Positions 44,136-56,250 of a stretch of DNA of 64,000 nt are shown here, piece after piece; the first letter of the stretch is position 1, and each line of letters opens with the position of its first letter. Made by a program: the position numbers and the translations under genes. This DNA comes from Camelus ferus. Taxonomy: Eukaryota. The notes beneath the pieces are model-generated. The model was not told where the DNA came from and searched no databases. It was given only the letters and a program-made list of their open reading frames with translations. The stretch lies in NCBI RefSeq assembly GCF_009834535.1, contig NC_045708.1, positions 22,568,001 to 22,632,000 on the forward strand. Reading direction: 5' to 3'.

Positions 44136-44579
44136 CTGCGTGAGCAGAAGATGACGAGGAGGTCAGGACTAAAAGAAAGCAGTTTTTGGGACCTCTGAGG
44201 AGCAGGGCCATGCTAGGCTCTGGAGGCCTCCAAGAAGGGTTCTGATGCTCCAGGTCTGGGAGGAGCAGTTAGGGATGTCGGCAGGGAGACACAAGGGAGC
44301 TGCAGGCCCAGGAGCCCTGGGACTTGACTCCCCAGCACCCTGGGAAAACTGGGTTCTGGCTTAGTTGTCAGCAGGACCCAGGTCTGCAGCCTCTCTGCCA
44401 GTCCTGGGCCTTGAACCTGGGTCTGGATACTGGAGCACCTCAGGGGCCCTTTCTTGGGACCCAGCATCCAACCAGTCACATCACAAAAGACAAGGGATTC
44501 CGAAAGTTCCCCTTCAGAATTTTAGGCCACCCAGATCTTTTATTTCTTCCTTTCCCCTCCTCTTCCTCTCATCTCTGGG

Positions 44580-44605
44580 GTGTGTGTGTGTGTGTGTGTG
44601 TGTGT
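44580..44605. repeat. (GT)13 microsatellite
   Basis: Direct reading. Confidence 0.95.
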
Positions 44606-47600
44606 CGTGTGTGGGTGGTGTGGTGGGGATGGAGGCAGAGGCTGAGTCTGGAGCAAGGTTTGGGTTGTGTACACTGGACAGGGCCCAGCCACTATCTAAT
44701 AGAACAGTTTCTTTGAGGCTCAATTTCTCCAATAGCTAAGAGGTTTGTGTGTAATCCCAGCTCGCCTGCCTATCTCCCCCAGGCTCAGTGAGGTCACCAG
44801 AAATTCAACCCAGTTGTTCTGGGCTGCCTCAGCCTCTCCCTTACTGCCCCACCCTCCCCTCCTCCCAACTTTCAGTTTCTTTTCAGATCCTGGATGCCTT
44901 TGGGGAAGGCACCCAGGAGGTGGCCAGACCCATAGAATGTGGATTGCTAACAACTTTCCAACCAAAATCCCCCATTCAGGGGAAGTCCCTTTAAAAGGGA
45001 AACTGAAACTCTCTCCTAGTCCCATTCAGGTCCCCCTCCTGCCTCTCCACACTGCTCAGATCTTGCCCCATGACCTCTCCCATTCAGCCTCTTCCTTCAA
45101 ATGATCTGGAGCCACACTACTGCTCCCTTCCAGCTTTGTGACCCTGGACAAGTCCCTTCCCCTGACAAGTCCTGCAGTGCCCACCCTGTAAAATGAGGAC
45201 ACTGGGCGCCACTTGGGGTTGTGGCAAGGGTTCCGTGAGGCATCGCTGTGCTGAGGCAGTCTTCATTGCGCAGAGCTGGCCCCATCACATCCTAGCTCTG
45301 TGGCTTTTGGCCCTTCTGAGCCTCAGTATCCTCATCTGTAAAACAGGAACAATGATCGCCTATTTCTTAGGGTTACTGTGAGATAAACGACCTACTGCCA
45401 TGATGTCAAGCCCTGAGGCACAGAGCACACGGGAATATTCAACAGTGGTCCTAAGTGCGGTTACATGAAATGCTGGGGGAGAGCCTGACATAGACTTGTG
45501 CCCATTCCCGTCCCTCCTCTTCCCTTCCTGACCTAAGGCGAGGAGGTGGGAATCTGGGACCCTGGGATAACCAAGTATCCCCTCCATCAACTTTCTTCTG
45601 GGACAGGTGGGGAAGGGACTGATCTAAGGATGCTGAAGTGTTCAAAGGGAAATTTATTTGGGTCAATCAATCCCTTAAATGGTAAAGGAATCTGCCTCTC
45701 CCTAGAACCTTGAGGATTCTCTCCCCTCTCTCACCCCTCAGAAGTTTCCCCTTGAGGCCTCCTTTTAGTGACTTTTTCCAGAAAAGATATACTCTGGACC
45801 CCCTTCCAACACACACATCATCTGTCTGTCCCCTCCCAGCTCTGCCCCACATTCTCCTTCCTGCCTGTGTGACAGGGAGGCTTTACATCTCGGGGGACCA
45901 GCCCATGATGCTCCAGATTGTGCCTCAGAGAGATTGGGCTCCCAGCCTCACTTCCCTTACATCCCTCCTCTTTCTCCTTGGCCCACGGAACTTCAACTCT
46001 CCTGGCCATCTGATTCCTCAGAGTGCTGAACTTCTCCCACCTCAGGGCCTTTGAACAGGCTGTTTCATCCACCTAGCATGCCTCTCTCCACTTCTCTGCT
46101 TGCCAGATTTCTAAATCTCTTAAAACCCAGATCAAACCACTCCTGAGGTCTTTTCAGATTCCCCAGGAGGAAAGGAGGGCTTTCCCACACCTGATCCACA
46201 CCTCTGGGCTTAGGGTTCCCACTAGTCAGTCGCCCAAACCAGGAACCTGGGCTGCATCACCAGGCCACCCACCTTGGCTCATCATCCCCTTGTCTCCCCC
46301 TCCCAATCTGCCCTTCTCACCTGGACCTAGGCTGTTTCATCAGCTTCTCACTGTCTCTCTGCTCAAGTCCAGCCATTCTCCTGTGTCGGGGTCACTTTCA
46401 ACAGAGGGTGCTCAATACATACCTGTTAACTGGGGGAGTAAATGAGTGAAGGAATGAATGAAAGAGTGAAAGAAATGTAGCATCAAACATATTCCCCTGG
46501 CTTTAACTCTTCCCATGACTCCCTACTGTCCTCAGGACAGTCTGTGCCTTACATGTGAGGTTTCCACTGTCTGATCCCCATAGCACACTCTGGGCTTTCC
46601 GCCAAGCCATAACCCCGTTCTCCTTCCTGCACTTACACAGGCTGTCCCTCTGACTGGATTGTCCCTCTTCCCTGCTACGCAGCAGAGAAACAAGATGGCC
46701 TGTTGAAATAGTCCAGGCAAGGATGATGGGGACTTCTGCTAAAGAGTGAGGGAGAGTCAGCCAACACCAACATGTCTTGAGCTAGGGACTATTCCCAGTG
46801 CCGGGGATTGTGAATGTGCCCTTGAAGTTGAAGTTTTAGGTGCCTGTGAGAGTCCTCGTGGGGACATCAGGCTGGCAGTTAATGGATCTATGAGCCTGGA
46901 CTTCAGAGGAGAACTTGGAGGTGTCTCAAATTGGAAGCCACAGGACTGGATGGGATCCACTGAGAGGAACAGCTCAAGAAGACAGCACCGGGGGCACTCT
47001 GACATTTAGACTCTGGACGGGGACCCAGCAGGGGGATTTAGCTGATGGGCAGAGAGAAAGGAAGAGAACTGGGAGCAGGGGAATCCTGAAGGCTGAGGGA
47101 GGAGATGGCTTCCAGAAGGAATGAGTGATCCGCCATGTCAAATGCTCCAGAAGGTGGAGGAAGACACAGAAGTAAAGGAGGGGCTCAGGGGGCAGAAGTG
47201 ACAGGTCTTAGCAAAGGACTAAGGATGTTGGAAATGAGGAGGAAGGACCAAGGATGGGGCCCGAGGGTATGGCTTGGGCAAATGGGTGAAAGGAGGGGCA
47301 AAGAGGAGGAGCAGCGGGTCTCCATGGAAACAGAGAGGTCAACTTTGGACAGGTTGACTTGAGGTGTCTTTGGGATGTCATCAGGATCTGTGGGTCTGGA
47401 ATGAAATCTGAGCTGGAGAGAAAAAGAGAAGATCTGTGTGTGTGTGTCTGCCTGTCTGTCTCTCCTCCATCCTTTTCTACGTGTATCTACAAAAGCGTCT
47501 ATAAGCTGACCATGACGAAATCTCTGTCTCCAGCCCAGATCTCTCCAAAACTCCGGCTGCCCTTGGAGATCACCCTGGATGTCCCACAGGGATCTACAAA

Positions 47601-50600
47601 ACATAGAGAAACAAAACAGGCTCAGGACACGGATTAGAAAGGACAGAGTTGGAGGTAAGATAAACCAGGAAAGAGTCGATAGGACCGGTCCAGACAATGG
47701 GGTAAGTGGCCTGAACCAGGCAAGGGCAGAGGGCAGAGGGGGAGATGAAGTGCAGACATTCAGAATGTGGAGAGCACCAGAGGTGGGAATGAAGTTCCAT
47801 GTGGATGGAGAGTGGGGCTAGAGGAGGAACGGAGACAGCTCTAGGGGTCCGCTGGGTGTGGGGAGCTGGGGTGGCTGTCATGCAGTTAACTGTTTATGTG
47901 ACTGAGACCCCTAAAAAAAGGCAGAGGATGGGTCATAAGTGGGTCTTAAGGGGTGGGGGAAGGAGCTGCTGTGGACCACTGAGTGGATGAGTCTGGGTAG
48001 TGGCCCAAAGACTCCTTCCTCTAGCTATCAGCTCCCTCTGCCGGACCTCTGCAGGGAGGTTTGCATGGGATCACTCCTCAGAGTGGGCCTCCATCCCAAT
48101 TAGGACCTGCGAGAGTGTGTAGGGGGAACACGGGAACACAGGGACAGGTGCCCAGAGCCTTGGACCTAGTTGAGGGCCAGAGACCACTTGCTCACCAGAG
48201 CGGATTCCGAGACCCCCGGAGGGCTTTAGGCCAGGAGATGCCATGATGGGGCCATGTCCCTCCCTTGCTTTAAACCTGTCCATGGCTCCCTGCTTCCTCC
48301 TGGAGAACCTAACCCCTTGTTCTGGCCTTCAAGGTCTTTGAAGCTCCAGGCCCAGCTGGCCTCATTTTAGGCAGAGCCCACCTGGCCACCAGTCTCATGA
48401 TTCCCTCAGTGGGGTGCCCAGACCACTTCAGCCTGCAAACCACCAAATCTTTCTCCATGCTGCCAACTCTGCTTGGATTGCTACTCCCTGTGTATGTCTA
48501 CCAAGGGCCTACCCACCTGTCAAGATTCAGCTCAAGGAACTTCTCCTAAGGGCTTTCCTGACCTTCCAGAAGACTGATTGTGTCCCAGTGTCCCCCTCCT
48601 GTGGCACTTTACTGAGCTGGTGGACGTCTTTACCTTTCTACGGCACTGTGAGAGCCTGGGGAGCCGGAGCAAGTGGGGTTCATCCAGTCTACCCCATGGG
48701 GGTTTGTGGGTGCAATGGGATGGTCAGGGGTGGCTGTGGAGGCCCTCCCAGCCCTGTGGGTTCAGTCTAAGTGTGTGTGACTGGGGAGAATAGAGACCTC
48801 AATCACCCCCTGAAGTAGGGAGAGCCAGAAATCGGTGAAAGCAGCTTTATTTGCGCAGTGAAGGGCAGAAACACAGAGACCCCAGGAGAGAGGGCAAAGG
48901 TGGACAATCTTCACCCACAGAGAGGGGACATGGGACTGTGCAGTGCTCCCAGGCCATCTTCCTGCTCATCCTGGCTTGGCACAAGTCGGCCTCAGGACCA
49001 TCATGCAATGAACCTGAGGCCTGCTTCCCCAAATCCCTGGAAAAACAGACGTTGGTGACACTCCTCTGAAACCCAGGGCACAGGGTGTGGAGCTGGGCAT
49101 GCCACACTGCCTGGGCTCATGTGCAGCTCAGCTGTGAAGTCGCTGGGTGTTCTCGGGCGAGTCATTTAATGGCTCTGAGCCTATCCCCTTATCTGAGGAT
49201 AATGGGAATAACAATGATACATCATAGGGTTGTGATGAGGCAGCAAAATTTTAGCATAGTACCTGGCTGAGATGAAACATGCAATAAATATTACCTGTTA
49301 TAATTATTACTATGTTATCGAGAGACCTGAGTTCTGGTCCCAGTTCTGACACGTTTTCCTCTCTGGATCTGCCTGAGTGTCTATCTATAAAATGGGATGC
49401 TGAAGGATTAAATGAAATAATGGATGTGGCAGAGGCTTCTAACATGAGTGATCATCTCTGCCCCTCTGAGGTTCACCTCCCTGGGGCTGCAGAGGGGTGG
49501 TCACCTCCACTCTTTCAGGTCCTTATTTGGGTTCTCTGTCCAGGCAGGATCTGCTGCCTCAGAGACATTCCATCTCCTCCCCTCTGCACATGAGGCTGAA
49601 TGAGAGGAAAGGGCTGCGGTTGCCCCAGCAGGGACTGTGGTTACACAGGACGAAGGACTTCCTTCCGGGCCGCAGGATGCTATCCTGGGAAGGAGCCAGA
49701 GATCGTGGGACTGAGGCCACTGTGGGGAGGGGTTGCTTCCAGGGGAATGGCCAGACCAGGCTGGTTGGGTCAGAGTGGGTCAGTGGAATGACTCAGCTCA
49801 GAAGTGACCTCACTTCCAGAGACCCTGGAGAGGCCCTGTTTAAACCAGCCTACAGCTCCCAAAATCACACAGACAATAGACAGGAACAGAGACATGGCCA
49901 AAGGGATACTCCAGGAGAGACATCCAGAGGCAAAGGGCCACCATTAGACATATGCTGTTCCCTCCACACACAACACTCTTCTCAGGGTCTGGAGTGGCTG
50001 ACCTCTCATCCTTTTAAGTCTTGATTGAGAGTTACCTCCTCAGCCAGGAACTCCTGGCCATGCATTCATGCAGTCTTTAGTAAGCCCCAGTTATGAGTCA
50101 GGCACTGTTTTAGATCTGTGAGTAAGACGAAGTCCCTGCCCACTCCATATAAAATAGCACCTGGCCCACCTTGTTCTTCCCAAACACAGCACCCTGTTTA
50201 TCTTGGACCTCTCTTTATTGTCTCCCCAACCAGAATGTAAGCTCCATGAGGACAGAGACTTCAACTGTTTCTTTCAGCAATGTAAAGTCAGTGACTTAGA
50301 GTACAAACCTGGCACAACCCACTAAAGTATTTGATAAGTATTTGTTAATAAATAAATAGATACAGAGACCAGGGATAGACAGACACAGAGAAACAGAGCC
50401 ATGCTCAGAGGTGATGCAGAAGACATTCAGAGATGTCCCAAAATGTGAAGCTCACACAGACACACACAGGATGATCACAGGATGATGGTCAGGACAGTGC
50501 CTCTTAGGCAGACCCTTTCCCTTAGGTCATTTAGCTTGGTCACCAGGCCTGGGGCTGGGGTCACCCCTTTCCTGGCACTGACCCAGTTGGTGCCCGAGGG

Positions 50601-50789
50601 CATAACCTATTCTGGTTCCCACACTCCTTGTACTGGGCACAACGCTGGCATTACTCTTGAGGTGCCCTCTTTGGAACTCTATTTTACTTCTTTGGGTATC
50701 TTTTGATGAACAGAAATTTTAATATAGTCGAATCTGTCAATTAAAAAAAATGTGGTGGTTTGAGAATGGTGGGAATGAATAACCCAAAG

Positions 50790-51850
50790 AAACTCACACG
50801 TAGGCCCGCGGGGCCTCTCACTGCTCAACCCCTCCTAGTCCTCGACCTTGGAAGTCAGGGCGGACGGACCTCGTGCTCAGCCCCTGCCCTTCTCTCCCCG
50901 CCCCATTCCTCCGTTAGGCCCCGCCTCTAGGCCCGCCCCTCCGAGGTAGAGCCCTCTTCGCCCCGCCCCTCACAGGCGCAGGGGAACTAGATATCTCTTC
51001 CTCTTGCCCAGGTATTGTTAGTTAATATTCTGCCACCGGTGCTTTCACCTGGAGGGAGGGAAAGTTAGGCCGACAGGATGGGAGTAAGGCTCCCAGTTCC
51101 CTCTGCGTCTACTCCCACGCCGCCTAGCCCCGCCTCCTTCCGTGCTCAGCCGCTTCAGGCCCCGCCCTTCCCAGTCAGTTCCGTCCCCTCCTCCCGCTCC
51201 CAGGCACCGTCAAGCCCAGCCTATCCAACCCCTGACCAGTCCTCGGCTCTGGGGATCCGCACCTTCCCACAGACCTCGCCCCCTGCCATAGGCCTCGCCC
51301 CTCTCTTTCCAAGGCCTTTGCCCCGCCCCGCGCGCTCACGTGAGGCGCGGGCGCGCGCCGTAGCAGCTGGGCCCTCGTGCGGAGGGCAAGTCCGTCAGCC
51401 CGGTGGTCCCTGGCAGCAGCAGCAGGTTGTGCGCAGGCCAGCGCCAGGCACCGCCCGGTGGGCGGTGGTACTGCGGGCTCAGCCAATAATCGCCCACTCG
51501 GCGGGCGCCGGGCGCCGGCAAGGCTGGGCCCCGACAGTCGCAGAAACACAGTTCCCGGTCCAGGCGGTGTGGGGGCGTGGCCCGGGGGCTCTTGCCAGGG
51601 AGACCGGGCAGCAGTCACCCCCAGAGGCACGACGGGCAGGGGAGGAGGCGGCCGCCTGGGGTCAGACGCAGAGGGGCGAGGCCCGGGATCACTCTTGGCC
51701 GACTTAGAGGGACGGGGAGAGGAATTGGAGGCCTCTGTCGGGGCCCTCCCAAGAATCTGGGCTTCTCCTCCCCTCTGAGCTGCTAGACCTGGGCTCTTCA
51801 TCCCGCCGGCGCCCTCCCCCAGGTCCCCTCACCAGGACAGTAGAAAATTC
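50790..51850. promoter_or_regulatory. Orphan CpG island with promoter motifs
   Basis: High CpG density, at least 7 GC boxes, E-box TCACGTGA 51336-43, CCAAT 51483-87; no recognisable coding exon. Confidence 0.75.
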
Positions 51851-52540
51851 ACCACGAAGTGGACAGTTTCAGTGAATAGCATGGTGTCCAGTAGGCCTGG
51901 CCCGGCTTCGACCTCTTTAATAACTGCCCAGGCGTGGAGGGGGAGGCCTGAAAGCCCATAGTCCCCTCGGGCCCCGCTTTTTTTAGCAGGAGGAGTCAGC
52001 TGGCAGAGGGGTGGGGGTGGGGCAGCGCCAGACCCTTGGGCGAGGTCTAGTTCGTGGTCGGTCTTCACCAGCCGCTTCAGTGGGAAGGCGCTGGTCACCA
52101 GTGTTTTGAGGATCCCGAGACCTTACCGTACTTCCCCCAGGATCAATAACAGAAGGCAGAACACAAGCAGAGGCAGCAAGTGGGGGCCCCAGGCAGGAAG
52201 GTCAGCTGAGGGTAGAATAAACCCTTCCTTATTCCACCCAGGGGCCTCCAATCTCTGCTCACAACCCTAATGGTGTGCTCGCCAAGAGCCCACACTTCCA
52301 AAGGCCTTGCTGCTCCTGGGCTTAGGACCCCTACTCCCCTGCCTACCACATCCCTTACAAGCGCCTTTCCCTTGCTCCAGGGCACGCTTAAATATCAGAG
52401 GCAGAAGGGCTTCTCAGCCAACTCTAGTTCAGTGTTCCTATCCAGAGACCAGGGGTAAGTTTATTGGGGCTCCTGGACACCCTAAACTGTCTACACAGTT
52501 CCAAACACACATACACTTCTGAAAATGTTGCAGAAAAATG

Positions 52541-53089
52541 TGTTACAGCTCAGTTATGACAGCCAACTGTAACTGGGTGACAGATCAAGAAGCACTCGTA
52601 GTTGGAGAACTCCAGGTTTTTTATGCTGACGAGCTTAGGAAAGTTAACACTCCAAGCTCTGGACCCTGTCTGTAGGTTTACACAGGCCTTTATAGGCTGC
52701 CAGTTTTACACTTTGCAACATCATATGCAAATAAAGTATAACAGAGGTTGACCAACTAGGAATAAGCTTTGTAGAAATAGACCAATCAGGAGTGAGAGAA
52801 GTAACCAATCAGGAGTGAGCTCCATGCAAATGAAGTACTACAAATGGACCAATCAAAAGTTAGGAAAGTGGACCAATCAGAAGTGAGAGTAATAACCAAT
52901 TGGGAGTGAAGGAAATAACCAATCAGAAGTGAGCTCAGGGAACCAATAGCATTTTAGGGGGTAAGTAAGGCGTTTCAGAGGCAAAAAGTGAGATAGAGCT
53001 TCTGGGTCAGGGAACCGGATGGTGCTGGCAGGAGAGTAGCGGCCCTGCTTGGGGGTCCTGCCGGTCTTTTTATGGGGCTTCCTGCCTCA
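52541..53089 (-). mobile_element. Solitary ERV (ERV1-like) LTR, family unidentified
   Basis: Minus strand runs TGAGGCAGGAAG...CTGTAACA (TG...CA termini), about 549 bp; U3 with CCAAT array, TATAAA at 52694-52689; TSD not cleanly resolved. Confidence 0.7.
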
Positions 53090-56089
53090 GAAACAATCTA
53101 AAAGGGGTCCCAGACATGTATGACATTCTCCCCACCCCCACCAAAAAAAAAAAAAAAAAAAGCCACACCTTGCAGAAAGGGAAAATGAGGTTCCAAGATA
53201 CGCAAAGAAGAGCCAAAAGTAAACCCCAGGCTTCCTATTACTCTGCCTGCCCCTACGAAGAGTGAGACAACCTCTCTGTGCCCTTGTCTTGCTCAGAGCA
53301 TGGGGTTCAGGGCTCAGAGCCCAGGCTGGGCCCTGCTCCCCCACCCCCCTGGGGATCCTGAGGAATATGCTGGCCTCACTCCCTTTCCCACACAGCCAGT
53401 GTGGGCTATTCCCCCCACCCCAATGACTCACACTGGCTGCTGGGGAGAGTGGGCAGCTGTTCTGAGCCCCCAGAGCCTGGTACAGGCTCTGACTTGCCCC
53501 GCCACCAAAGTGTGTGGCCATATTTGGGGATTTAACCTCCTCTTTTCCCTCCTTGGGGAATCTTCCTCCTTTCACCCTTCCTCCTTTCCCTATCTCCAAC
53601 CTCTCCATCCCTGATGGCTCCTTCCCAGCAGCAAACAAACAGCCTCTAGTCTTTCCTATCTTTGAAAAAGAAGAAAGCCTTCCTTCGACTCCAGCTCCTT
53701 CTCCAGCTCCCCCTTCACAGCCAACATTCTTGAAAGAGTTGTGTACACACGCTGTTTCCACTTCCTCCCCCAACCCCTGCAGATGGCTTCCTCCCCCACC
53801 ACCATTCCACAGGATCAGCTTGTCAGGGTCACCACTGACCTCCTTGTTGCTAAATCTAGGGATGCTTGAGTCTTTATCTGACTTGACCCCTTAGCAGTGG
53901 CTGACTTTGACACAAATGCTCCTTCCTATTTGAAATATTCTTGTGCCCTTGTTTTTCTGGACACTGCACTCTTGATTTTTTTTTGTTACTGTTGTTTTGC
54001 TATCTTACTGGTTGCTGCCACGTGGAAAGTTTCTCATCCTTTGTTCACTGCCTAATCATGGGTGTTCTTGGGCAGGCTACAGTTTTTCCCAGGAAATCTC
54101 ACTGGTTCCCACACCTTCGATGTCCACCTGTGTTAGACTCACTTCTCCGTTTCAGCCCAGACCTCTTTTCCCTGTCGACACTTGTTTCCTGGACCCCTCC
54201 CCCTGGATGCCTCACCTCACAGCAAACGTGCCTCACACCTGCCCTTCCTCCCATGTTCTGCAGCTTGGCCATATTCTCGGTTGCCTGAACTGGAAATCTG
54301 GGCTTGGTTCTAGACTCTTCCCTGTCTCTCCTTTTTTATATTCAAGCAGCTACAAAACCTCACCCTCTCTAGCATGTGTCTGAAATCCAATTGCCTCTCC
54401 ATCTCCACTGCTAACACCTGGTCCAAGGCCCCATAATCTTTCACCTGGGAGGCTGCAGCAGCCTCCTGAATGATCTTCCTGCTGTTACCCTTGATCTCTT
54501 ATGTGATCTGTTCTCACAGAGCAACTAGGGTGGTCTTTCCAAGACATGAACATGGCCCTCTTCACAGTGTCTTCAGCATCACCTTCACCTGTGGCACATA
54601 GCCCAGGGCTAGGGCTATATCCTGCCTCCATGTCCTTGTCTGGGTAACTGCTTCTGGTTTCAGTTCCAGTGTCGGTTCCTTAGGGATGCCATTCCAACCC
54701 CCACCCCACCCCCACCCCAGCCCCCCACTGGGTCTGCTGTTCCTTCTCCTCACAGCACTCAGCCTCTCCTTTGTGGACTGATCGAGCAGTCATTCACCAG
54801 CTAGTCTAATCTGCAGACATTCTACAAATTCCTAAGCCCTTCCATTCTAGGCCCCAGGGATGTCATGATGAATATGACACAACCTCTGCCCTCAATGAGT
54901 CCACAGTTTAATGAGGTAGATGGGCATTCATCAGGGATCAAGGAAGAGATAAGTACACAGTGGGACAAGCAGGTGCTATGGGAGGGGAAGGACAGGTGGG
55001 TAGGGGAGACTTTTTTGAGGAGTGACAATTGGTGGAGATCTGAGGGGTAAGTGGGATGGGAGGGGGCTATTCCAGGCAGAAGGAACAGTATGCTGAAAGG
55101 TGGGGAGAACTCAGTGGTGTCTACATGGTTGGACAAATGATGTAAAGAAGCCGTTGATGAGATTTAAATAGGAGAATGACATGGCTAGCTTTGTGGTCTT
55201 TATAAAATAATTCTGGGCTGGAGGAATCAAGGAGGGAAGGAAGCACAAGACTGGTTAGAGGGCTGCTGGAGTCACTCAAATTAGTAGTGATAGGGGCCTG
55301 ATTCAGGGTGGTGGCAGTGGAACTGGAGCAGAATAGATTGTGGTGACGTGGACTGAGGGTTGGGGAAGAGAGAGCGGATGAGAATGATTCCAGTGTTCTT
55401 ACTCCAAGGGCAAGTGGGGAGAGGCCAGTGGGAGCTGGGACCCCCATATCCCCTTGGGGTCCAACCTACTGATCTACCTGGTGTCAGGTTGCCTGATGTC
55501 TTTCCCATGGCCCTCATCCATCCTTTTTCCTGGAGAAGCAGATGGAGTCCCAAGAGGCAGAAGCACTACTAAAGAAGGCCTAGGAGGAGGCAGGGGGGGA
55601 GAAAGAGAAAGTTGGGTCAGGGTCCGGATGTGATGGGGTTTCAGGGAAAGTGGCATCTGGGGTTTCCTTGGACTCTGGAAATTCCACTCTATGGCTTTCA
55701 TCTTCAGACCCCCAAATTCTGAGATGCTCAAACTCAGGGCCCAGTTCTTTGGAGTCCTGGGGGCCTTCTATGGGCTGTGAGTCTATATCTGAAAAGCCAC
55801 AATGCCCTGACAGGTCCCCAGGATTCTAGAGAGTCACTAACATAGGTGTGCACTTCCCGTGAGCTGGCTCAATGCCTGTTACATGCATGATTCCCTGCAA
55901 TCTTCACATTAACCCTCAGAGGCATGTAGCTCACTATCCCCATTGTACATACTAGATTTCCAGGGTTAAGGGACTTGCTCAAATTCAAACATCTAAGATG
56001 ATGTAGAAAGAGGATTTGAACCAAGGTTTGACTGACATCAGAGTCTGTGCTTTTAACTCCTGTGCTATATTAAGCCTGTCGACCCCTTG

Positions 56090-56250
56090 GTTGATTGGCT
56101 CAGTAAAGGGAGGAGGCTTTGTGGAGGATTTGCTTATGGTTGGGGTGGCTGCCCCCTCTCATATCAAGCGATGGGAAAGGGTAGTGCTGACGTCAGTTGT
56201 TGTCATGGTGATATAGCAATCCTTTCCCTACCATCTCCATGGTAACCTGG
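56090..56250. promoter_or_regulatory. CCAAT + CRE + 2 RFX X-box-like cassette
   Basis: ATTGG 56094-98; CTGACGTCAG 56187-96; GTTGTCATGGTGAT 56199-212; ATCTCCATGGTAAC 56233-46. Confidence 0.55.

Noticed and set aside
51829-52098. 89-aa minus ORF beside the orphan island
   Set aside because: Begins at GTG with an in-frame stop shortly upstream; no ATG until the last 17 codons; no recognisable homology
52123-52200. Signal-peptide-like stretch (PAWGPHLLPLLVFCLLLLILGEVR) on the minus strand
   Set aside because: No in-frame ATG before an upstream TAG, and it is followed by TAA; explained as the antisense of an A-rich segment
52780-52950. Periodic 23-bp CCAAT units as a CRISPR-like array
   Set aside because: Degenerate tandem units without unique spacers, inside an LTR in a mammalian genome; no cas genes
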